Below, one piece after another: positions 19,358 through 27,880 of a stretch of 64,000 nucleotides of DNA. This DNA comes from Obrimoposthia wandeli (lineage: Eukaryota), in assembly GCA_977020255.1 (NCBI GenBank), contig CDROCS010004666.1, positions 1 to 64,000 on the forward strand, read 5' to 3'. A program made the translations under genes and the position numbers. Numbering within the stretch: the first letter of the stretch is position 1; each line of letters starts with the position of its first letter. The notes below the pieces were generated by a model that did not search any database, was not told the DNA's origin, and was given only the letters and a program-made list of their open reading frames with translations.

Positions 19358-20447
19358 TTAAAAAGAAGAATGTGGCGTACCTTTAAAACATGCGATTACC
19401 CAAGGGTACGCATCATTTTTAAAATGTCACCTCCTTTTTACCATCGTAATAGCCATATCAAATGGCCATTAATCGTAGTTGTCATTCCATTACATTCTCC
19501 TTATTTGTTTCAAACTATCTCCATGCGTGATCACCCTTACCCGTAAATTCCCAATCAGCCACATAAGTTCCATTATAGACACTTGAGTTAGCGGCATTAT
19601 CACTGGGATTTAAGCCATTTATCGCGATTCGATTTCCTGTACGCAAGGTGAATCCTGACACTGCTTTTCTGACGCTGCCCGTGTTTGAATCTAAAAAGTA
19701 GCTACCATAGATTGGAAAACCATCAGCGGCAAAGCCAATAACCGGAGAGCCATCAACCCCCGGGTTCTCATCAAACATAGCATTAGGGTTTCCATGGTAG
19801 TGATATAATCCATCAGGTTGAGTATGAGCATTGTGCGTATCAGCACCAAATGACGTATCACTACTTAAAGGATCAAGTAACCAAGGATCCCTTACATTGC
19901 AGCCTATCTGAACATTACCATCAGTGCCCGCCCCACTTTTACTTGGGTCATAACAACCAGCAGAAAGAATATCGAGAATGACACCGTTGAGGAAAATCGC
20001 GTTATCAGTTTTTTGTGATAACGCCGTAGTATTAGCAGCAAAACTGGGGGAACGTACAACCGTCAAGTTGAGATTATTCGCTGATACATTCGTAGCAAAG
20101 TGGGCGCTAGCATCATTGAAGTCGTGATTAGGAATGCTATTAGAAACAAAAGTACACGTGGTAGCGTCACTCGTAATTGTAACAGCGGCATCAAAGCCTT
20201 GGCTTCGCTGCATGTCTAAAACAGAGGCCGTAAATGTATCAACATAATCGGCACAATCAGCGCTGCGCTCAATGAAAATTGTATCGGTAATATCAGTAGC
20301 GACACCGCTATTCTCATCCAAACTATTACTGTCATTATGGCCCGAGCCATCACTGTCAGACCCACAACCAAATAAAAATAGACTGCTTGATAAACACAAA
20401 ATCCCCGCAGTCCTAATGCTATTGGCACACTTCTCTTCATTTAACAT
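19358..20447 (-). pseudogene. YHYH-domain lipoprotein with a disrupted 3' end
   Basis: Lipobox LFGC, IPNH, HNAHTQPDGLYHYHG and ADGFPIYG. The ORF stops at 19515, but the conserved tail fragments ECNGM, YGYY and DAYPWVIACFKGTPHSSF* lie downstream in broken frames to 19358. Confidence 0.8.
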
Positions 20448-20761
20448 ATTAATTGCTTCCTATCAGCCATCTATTACTACCCGTTAATTATCTCAACGAT
20501 CTAATTTCAGTATAGAAAATAAATGTGGAAGAATTATGCAAAGTTTATGATCCCTGATAGTTCGCTAGGACATGTCGTATTTTATAAACTTTAAGCCCTC
20601 TGGAAAAATACTATCAGGACACCAAACCTAACAAGAATTTTGGCACCCAAGACCTCTCAGCCAATCTTATAATCCCAGAGCCTTTGCCTGTGCGCACCGC
20701 CAATAACGCCAATAACACTCCGCCCAGCTCGACTAAATGATCAAGGTTTCAACACGCTCTG

Positions 20762-21142
20762 CTAAGCTTGGCAAACAACAAAGAAACAATTCATCTCTGC
20801 ATTTTCACCGAATCCTATTAAAGGCGTATCTAATCTTACATGTGAATCATCGAGTTCTTTTTCTTCTGCGGCAAACACTTCATAGCCCTGCACTTCGCCA
20901 TCAATCAACAAGGCCTTGGCTTCGGTGATGGTTACACAGTCAGGCGATTGCTCATCAAAATAAAGCAAACATTCCTCACTTTCCGTATCAATTTCAATCT
21001 TCGTCACAGGCAAGGCATTTCCGTATTCTTCTGCTTCACCGTTCTCGTTTAGCGTTACTTTCAATACATGCAAGCGGAAGTGCTCTTCTACTTCGCTTTG
21101 AATTTCAAACTCTAGCAGTAGATCTCTGACATGCTTACTCAT
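20762..21142 (-). CDS. Acidic hypothetical protein
   Basis: GAGG RBS upstream of ATG 21142 (MSKHVRDLL). The 126-aa product is Glu-rich. No motif recognised. Confidence 0.7.
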   Translation of the reverse strand: MSKHVRDLLLEFEIQSEVEEHFRLHVLKVTLNENGEAEEYGNALPVTKIEIDTESEECLLYFDEQSPDCVTITEAKALLIDGEVQGYEVFAAEEKELDDSHVRLDTPLIGFGENAEMNCFFVVCQA

Positions 21143-21451
21143 CGTTAATTTCCTCATTTTTGGTCGGCCATATAACCACAATACGATCCATCCTGCTTCT
21201 TTATACCTGTTATTTCACCGAAAAATCATTTTTTACTTTTAAGAACCTTCTTCGTTATGACTTTAACCTATAGTCCGACAAGCATTCACAGAATTCACAT
21301 CTATACTAATCTATATAGACGTACTGCTATTAGTCTAGTCAAACAGCCATACATATAACGAAACTGAATTTTTCAACAATGAGCATTGATCGTATATTTA
21401 CAACGTATCACACCAGCATTCAAAGTAAGTTAACTGAACGATTAAGAATGC

Positions 21452-24259
21452 ATGATTAAGAAAGGTGATAGGCATTTGTTAGGATTAAAATTTAACAGCA
21501 AAAAGTCACGTAACCTCAATACTGGCAGTAGCCTGCAAGCAGTAGCGCAAAGGGCTGACTGGAGAAAAATTATTGTCTCGCTACTCATGGCGAGCTTTGT
21601 TGTATTCATTAATTTATCTGAAACCCTAAGGCTGCCCGAGTTATTAGTGTATGACAAATTGGTTTTTCATAGTTATGACAAGCCTCAGCAGAATCATGCG
21701 CTATTACTTGAGGTTCCCTCAGAAACACTGAATAGTTCATCAGAGCTTATGAGCATTATCATTGATCGCCTGCTGGCACACTCACCAAAGCAAATTCTCA
21801 TCCTGAATTCACTGAATCATCTCGATCAGTCACAGCAGCTAGAATGGTTAAAGAATGAATATGTAGACTATGCCCCGCCTGTCCACACAATACTTCAAGA
21901 TGGAGGCAGCATTGGCTATCAATACGATACATCAAACGCCTCAAACACAATACCACCCCTAGGCTTTTCTCTTCCAGCTTCTGCTAGCTTTGGCATTACT
22001 CGCGCTATGCCACTTGAGATTTCAACCAGCGAAGAAATACTGCTGGGCTTTCAGGCCAAGCTCACAAAAGGAAATAAAAAAAGCTCAGATTTCATCTATA
22101 TTAATTTTAATCAAGGCACTAAGCCCATTCCACGCTACCCAGCGCAAAAACTACTCGAAATTGGCATCATTGATGAATTGATAAAAGATAAAATCGTACT
22201 TATCACCTCACCTTTAGATAACGTTACGGCCGGTTTGACGACTCCAAAAAATAATTATTCCGAGCCACTTTCCCCCGACCTTATACAGGCGATGGCACTT
22301 AACTCGCTGATTAATCAATCAGATATCAGCATGCTAAAACCTTGGCAGGCTGCTATCGTTTGCTTTTTATTATTTATGTTTTACCTATTTACGTTTCAAT
22401 GGCTAAATATACGTTTTGGTACGGTAATTATTGCCGCGTCTGGCATTACACTCCTTTTAATCGATTGGTATCTATTAAGCTTCCACTATTTTTACATACC
22501 CGCATTTAGTTTCATCGTTTCAATTGTCGCGGCATTATTAACGGCGATCCCCTTGCACCGCATAAGAGAACAGGGTGTCATCGAGACTTTGCACCTAGAT
22601 ATACTGTCGCAACTAAAATCTAAAAAAACACCCCATAGCTTTTATCAAGTAGAAGACCCTTGGAACCATATCATCGTTTTTATCAATCAACATTTACTGT
22701 TAAGTCGCTCTATCTTATTAGAACGCGTTGAGAATGATCACCGCGTCAGAGAAATAAAAAGCCTAGGGTGCAGCATTGATGACATAGCAGAACAGCGTCG
22801 AGATTATACACGCTTCCCTTATGATAAATCGTTACAGCAACAAATCCCTCTAGACTTAGAGAATCGTCATTATTTCAAACAGAGCTTTGAAGGCGAAAAA
22901 CAATTCCTGATTCCGCTCCGATTTGCGGAAGAGGTTTTAGGTTTCTGGGCTTTTACTGTCATTCCAGATGAGCACTGGGATCAGAATAAATTCTTTTCAG
23001 ATATTAATGTCTTTGCCAAACAAATAGGCTTGTTAATACATAACCGCAAAGCCTTTAATTACGAAGACAGTATTAATAGCAAGCTGCTTACGCAGCTACT
23101 GAATTTCAACCTAGGTTCAGGTAACCATAAATCGCTAAAGTCTGCAGTCGATGGCATAAATCATCGACTTCGCATCATGGAAGGGATATTTGATGGCATG
23201 AGTTCTGCCGCTATGCTGTATGACCTGTTTGGTCAGATTATTAGCAGTAACCACCTAATGGAGCAACTAGCTCGACAGTCTCACTTGTCTATTTATGACC
23301 TCACCTCTTTAGATTTAATTGCACAAGCCTGTGGTATTTCTAAAGACGAAGCACGCAGCCGCTTAAGACATGTTGCAATGAATGCAGCCAGCATTGACCT
23401 ACCACTCTCAGAATTGATTGATAATCGTCAGTATTTGCTTCGTATACGTTCTATCAAACCAAAAATCCAAACGACGGCAACCCTTAATGATAATGACCTG
23501 CCGTTTGAGTTATTGGGGATCCTATTCGAATTTATCAATGTCACTCCAATACAACAGAGATTTACCACCGACATCATCGTCTATGAAAATCTCTATTCAA
23601 TGCTAAGAAATGATCTCAGTGCGCTCTCTTTGTGCCAGCTACAATTAAGCTTATCACCCGCTTCCGATCAGAAACTGATGGCACAAATGGATCAAACCCT
23701 ACAGCACTGCACAGAAATAGTGACCAATGCAGAGGCATTGCTAAATGACACCTCAAGTAACCTAGCCAGCACAGGAAAACTATTACAACCCTTAGTGCTG
23801 CTTAAACGAATATTGGTTGAACTAAAAGAGCCTGCCGACCAAGCGAAGCTGTCGTTCAACGCCTTATTGCCAACATTCAGCAGCCTAATATTTATAGATG
23901 AGGATGAGCTTGCTCACTTGCTGATCCAAAGTTTACGTTTACTAGTAGAAGATGCGATACCCGATACTCAAATCAGCATCCTTTTCACGGAACAAGAGCG
24001 AGCAGATAAGCTACTGCATAACGGAAAAATCATGATAACCATGAGTAATGTGGGCTATGGCATGCCACAAAAAGAATTAAATGCCGAAAGAAAAGACACC
24101 AGCTATATTGAAGCCGATACCCTCTCACTATTTAAAAAAGCCGTCATGAACGTATCCCCCTGGCAAGTCATCGTTACCAATACTTCTCAAGTGGGCACGG
24201 GGTTCGAGATCAGTATTGAATTACCGATTATCAACTTTTATAGAACGATTGAGATCTAA
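21452..24259 (+). CDS. CHASE2-domain membrane sensor with GAF/PAS-like and degenerate histidine-kinase domains
   Basis: CHASE2 hallmarks (LPELLVYD..., TP...SPDLIQAMALNSL) followed by 3 TM helices, a GAF-like region, a PAS-like region (FDGMSSAAMLYDLFGQIISSN), an H-box lacking His (YSMLRNDL) and G1-like SNVGYGMP. Confidence 0.75.
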   Translation: MIKKGDRHLLGLKFNSKKSRNLNTGSSLQAVAQRADWRKIIVSLLMASFVVFINLSETLRLPELLVYDKLVFHSYDKPQQNHALLLEVPSETLNSSSELMSIIIDRLLAHSPKQILILNSLNHLDQSQQLEWLKNEYVDYAPPVHTILQDGGSIGYQYDTSNASNTIPPLGFSLPASASFGITRAMPLEISTSEEILLGFQAKLTKGNKKSSDFIYINFNQGTKPIPRYPAQKLLEIGIIDELIKDKIVLITSPLDNVTAGLTTPKNNYSEPLSPDLIQAMALNSLINQSDISMLKPWQAAIVCFLLFMFYLFTFQWLNIRFGTVIIAASGITLLLIDWYLLSFHYFYIPAFSFIVSIVAALLTAIPLHRIREQGVIETLHLDILSQLKSKKTPHSFYQVEDPWNHIIVFINQHLLLSRSILLERVENDHRVREIKSLGCSIDDIAEQRRDYTRFPYDKSLQQQIPLDLENRHYFKQSFEGEKQFLIPLRFAEEVLGFWAFTVIPDEHWDQNKFFSDINVFAKQIGLLIHNRKAFNYEDSINSKLLTQLLNFNLGSGNHKSLKSAVDGINHRLRIMEGIFDGMSSAAMLYDLFGQIISSNHLMEQLARQSHLSIYDLTSLDLIAQACGISKDEARSRLRHVAMNAASIDLPLSELIDNRQYLLRIRSIKPKIQTTATLNDNDLPFELLGILFEFINVTPIQQRFTTDIIVYENLYSMLRNDLSALSLCQLQLSLSPASDQKLMAQMDQTLQHCTEIVTNAEALLNDTSSNLASTGKLLQPLVLLKRILVELKEPADQAKLSFNALLPTFSSLIFIDEDELAHLLIQSLRLLVEDAIPDTQISILFTEQERADKLLHNGKIMITMSNVGYGMPQKELNAERKDTSYIEADTLSLFKKAVMNVSPWQVIVTNTSQVGTGFEISIELPIINFYRTIEI

Positions 24260-24639
24260 TGAATCAACCAATAAATAAAAAACGTATTTTACTCGTAGAA
24301 GATGATGAAGCAATTTCAATGCTAACCCTCATGTTTCTAGAACAGCAAAATATCGACACGGTTCACGCTAAAGATGGTGACGAAGCTTTATTACAGCTAA
24401 AAAACCAAAACTTTAACGTGATTATCACAGACTTGGTTATGCCGCAAAAAGATGGTTTAGCGTTTATAACCGAGCTGCGAAAGCTAGGTAATACTACTCC
24501 CGTCATCGTCACTAGCGGTATAACTGACAAACGCATTCATGACCAACTCTATGCAGTGGGTGTTGAAAAAATTTATACCAAACCTTTATTGCCAGAGGTC
24601 TACCTTGAACTCATAGAACATATTAAGCAGTATCTATAG
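24259..24639 (+). CDS. Single-domain response regulator (receiver only)
   Basis: LLVEDD, phospho-Asp ITDLVMP, TS and TKP are conserved. TAATG overlap with the sensor gene. Confidence 0.92.
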   Translation: MNQPINKKRILLVEDDEAISMLTLMFLEQQNIDTVHAKDGDEALLQLKNQNFNVIITDLVMPQKDGLAFITELRKLGNTTPVIVTSGITDKRIHDQLYAVGVEKIYTKPLLPEVYLELIEHIKQYL

Positions 24640-27600
24640 ATGGATATATTCCCATTAGCTATATTTCCAGAAGGAGGCCTAGCGAGTTCCGTTGTGGTCA
24701 CCGTTTGGATCGGCATATGGGTGGTTACTTTTCTTAACCTGCGCTTTGGTTTCGCACTTTCCGGTTTGGTTGTGCCGGGGTACTTGGTTCCTCTACTCAT
24801 CGTCAAACCTATCAGTGCCGGGGTCATTCTTTTAGAAGGGTTAACGACCTATTTCATTACGGTATTCTTAGCTAGCAGTTTAATGCGACGGATGGGCGCT
24901 AGCGAGATGTTTGGCCGCGACCGATTCTTTGCTTTAGTCTTAGTCAGCATTGTCGTTCGTGTTCTTTTCGATAGCTTGCTATTACCCACCCTAGGCCAGG
25001 CACTCGTGGATGCCGGTATAGACTTTGATTACCGCAATAACTTACAAAGTTTTGGCCTGATTATTATTTCGTTGATCGCTAACCAAATGTGGAATGGCGG
25101 AGTCAGACGTGGATCTTCTTCTTTACTGCTCTATCTCGGCATCACTTACCTCATTGTTAACTTCCTGATTATTCCCTACACCAATTTCAGCATCTCGAAT
25201 TTAAGTTTTATCTACGAGGATATGGCCAGCTCAATTTTAGCAACGCCAAAAGCTTATATTATTCTACTTACCGCAGCCTATATTGCCTCAAAAATGAATC
25301 TGCGCTATGGCTGGGAATTTAACGGCATACTTATTCCTTCTTTATTAGCACTGCAATGGTACGAACCCAGCAAGCTAGTCGTGACGTTTTTGGAGGCCTT
25401 TCTTATATTAGGTTTAGGCCGAATATTCCTTAAGCTGCCGCTGTTTGCTAACTTTAATATGGAAGGCTCACGCCTGCTGTTGTTTTTTTTCAACCTCAGT
25501 TTTATTTATAAATATTTATTAAGTCTGGTACTCATAAAATGGTTTCCAGAAGTCAAAGTTAGTGATTTCTTTGCTTTTGGTTATCTACTCAGTACGCTCT
25601 TGGCATTAAAAATGTTTCAAAAGGACATCCCAACACTGGTGACTCGAGCGACACTTCAAACATCAGGTTTTGCGCTAATATTCGCCAGTATCGTCGGCTT
25701 TGCCCTAACACTGATTGTATTTTCGCCCCCTCCCTCAAGCAATAACTCGTTTGCAAGTACCGATATTAAACGGGCAGAAAAAACACAAGAACAGCTGGTA
25801 ATTGCGGGCTATTCTAACTTCTATCAATCACGCACCTTGCAATATAGCCAGCCGACACTGCAAGATCTGGCAACCTATGAACAAGCATTCATTGCCATTA
25901 GACAGGCCTTGCTAACCACTACAAGACCCTTGCCTGCGAACCATCCAAAATTAATGGAAGCCTATGCATTGCTTTCAAGTATCGATGTCGAAATGATTCA
26001 AACACCAGAAAACTCGTTAATTATTAAAGATACTCGCCCAGAAAGAGCCGGTGGACTGGTGCTGATCAATCTCAATAAATCAACGGGTCTAACCTTAGAA
26101 GTGCCTGCGCCACTGAACGAAAATGGCATTGCCGACCTCAGCCTTAGAATGTACAGCCACTTAAACGCCAAAGCCCTAATCTATGCAGGCAGTCATCGCT
26201 TTCAAGACCCTCTTCGACAAAGTGATATGTTAAATGTACCACGCAGTTTTTTCCAAATTGCCCATGAACGGCTGAGTGAACGTAATGTTTTACAATTACG
26301 GGGTTATACCCGCTCTGCCGCACGTGAACTCTATGGTCAGCGTTTTGATGACGAGCTAATGACAGCACAAGACCTGCCAAACCAACTTTGGATTAAAGAA
26401 AGTTTGCCAGAGAGTTTAAATGTTACTCAGTTAAAAGCGGGCGTTAATAATTTTGTAATCAGCTGGAGCGCCCCTCATTTTTCCAATCGCCAAAGAGAAT
26501 ATAGCCGTGAAGGTTTTGCCGAACTGATGCTGACAAACTCTGGCATGAGAAAGTTAATTGCAAGTTTTGAACCCGCCATAGAATCAGGAAGAAAAACAAA
26601 CATAGATATTGAACAAACGCATTTACAAGACTGGCTACTGGCACATAAAGAAACGTGGGCGGCCAAATACAGTGAACGCTTTCAACTTGCTCAGCTCAAT
26701 GAATTAATATTTTTTGACGAACAAGTACTTTCCCCCTTATTTCTATTTATAGATAAAGATCCATCAACTAAAAACCTGCTTGATCAGCAGCAAGAATTAC
26801 AAAGCATAAACCGAATGGCTCAGGCTATGGGCTACCATATTTTGTTATTACAAGAACCCGATTCACGAGAGCAATTTCTAATTCTTACTGAGTTGACCTC
26901 AGATAAGCAACGTTATTGGGGAAGCTATATTTTTCGAATGGGTTCCACAGCGCCTTACTTTATAGAAACACCGCACCCACTAACCGAATCAAATAGCTTT
27001 GATTATGCGATTGACCTATTTCACGATTTACAGGCACAAGTATTGTTAGTGCCAACGAGTCACGCACTGGCAAATGCAGATGGCCGCTCGAACATGCTGG
27101 CACGAGATAATAAAATCACCTTATTTAATCGTGTTCACCAAAGTCTATTACGTCATTACCAAGCACAAGGACCGTTAGTTATTCAAACTCGAGGATTAAG
27201 TGCAAAACAGTGGAACCCACAGAATCCTGTCGATATTCGCTTAGCTATTTGGCAAAACTCAAACACACAATTTACTTCACCACTAATCGACAATCTAACT
27301 CGAAAAATAACGTTAAGTGGACTCAGCTATGACTTAGTCAACGGAGAAGCGGCTGAAGCAGGTTATGAAGACCACTACAGTTTACTCAGCCAGTACATGC
27401 CCGTAGCACGCAAGGCTGACATGGTAACGCTGTGGTTATCAGAAAATTTACGCCGAAAAATAAACCGAGGCACTGGCACAGCTACTTATCGCAAACAGTT
27501 TATGGCTATGCAAGTCGAGCTCAAAAGCCGTGATATTGAAAACTGGCTTAATACCATAGCGCGTAGTGATAAAAAGTTACGCCCTAAAATTTATCAACAG

Positions 27601-27879
27601 CTTCAAGCTTTCATTTATTCTGGCGACATAATAAGACTGGCTAATGCATTGGATGCACTTAAATCAGCAGCACCTGATGCAATGCAGCTTGAATACCTTC
27701 AAGACAGTGTTTCAAAACAATACTTTATTGCTATCACAGCACAAGATCAGTTGGTAGCACTTGCCAGTATCAATCCGTTAAAACCCGAAGAGCGTATTAT
27801 TTTAAAGGGCAGATCATCTATCACTAATTTTATCAAACGTCAGTCAGGCTGGCTGTTAGTATTAGAAGGAGGGCAATAA
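24640..27879 (+). CDS. capC: Poly-gamma-glutamate biosynthesis CapC/PgsC-family protein, doubled and fused to a large C-terminal domain
   Basis: SGLVVPGYL, FGRDRF and GLIIISLIANQM match the CapC motifs AGLVVPGYL, YGRRKF and GVIVPGLIANTI. A second diverged repeat follows (NGILIPSLLAL). About 700 aa of soluble C-terminus. Confidence 0.85.
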   Translation: MDIFPLAIFPEGGLASSVVVTVWIGIWVVTFLNLRFGFALSGLVVPGYLVPLLIVKPISAGVILLEGLTTYFITVFLASSLMRRMGASEMFGRDRFFALVLVSIVVRVLFDSLLLPTLGQALVDAGIDFDYRNNLQSFGLIIISLIANQMWNGGVRRGSSSLLLYLGITYLIVNFLIIPYTNFSISNLSFIYEDMASSILATPKAYIILLTAAYIASKMNLRYGWEFNGILIPSLLALQWYEPSKLVVTFLEAFLILGLGRIFLKLPLFANFNMEGSRLLLFFFNLSFIYKYLLSLVLIKWFPEVKVSDFFAFGYLLSTLLALKMFQKDIPTLVTRATLQTSGFALIFASIVGFALTLIVFSPPPSSNNSFASTDIKRAEKTQEQLVIAGYSNFYQSRTLQYSQPTLQDLATYEQAFIAIRQALLTTTRPLPANHPKLMEAYALLSSIDVEMIQTPENSLIIKDTRPERAGGLVLINLNKSTGLTLEVPAPLNENGIADLSLRMYSHLNAKALIYAGSHRFQDPLRQSDMLNVPRSFFQIAHERLSERNVLQLRGYTRSAARELYGQRFDDELMTAQDLPNQLWIKESLPESLNVTQLKAGVNNFVISWSAPHFSNRQREYSREGFAELMLTNSGMRKLIASFEPAIESGRKTNIDIEQTHLQDWLLAHKETWAAKYSERFQLAQLNELIFFDEQVLSPLFLFIDKDPSTKNLLDQQQELQSINRMAQAMGYHILLLQEPDSREQFLILTELTSDKQRYWGSYIFRMGSTAPYFIETPHPLTESNSFDYAIDLFHDLQAQVLLVPTSHALANADGRSNMLARDNKITLFNRVHQSLLRHYQAQGPLVIQTRGLSAKQWNPQNPVDIRLAIWQNSNTQFTSPLIDNLTRKITLSGLSYDLVNGEAAEAGYEDHYSLLSQYMPVARKADMVTLWLSENLRRKINRGTGTATYRKQFMAMQVELKSRDIENWLNTIARSDKKLRPKIYQQLQAFIYSGDIIRLANALDALKSAAPDAMQLEYLQDSVSKQYFIAITAQDQLVALASINPLKPEERIILKGRSSITNFIKRQSGWLLVLEGGQ

Positions 27880-27880
27880 T

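Noticed and set aside
20553-20618. 66-bp segment with 9-bp terminal inverted repeats (CCTGATAGT/ACTATCAGG) as a MITE
   Set aside because: No target-site duplication and no second copy in the window.
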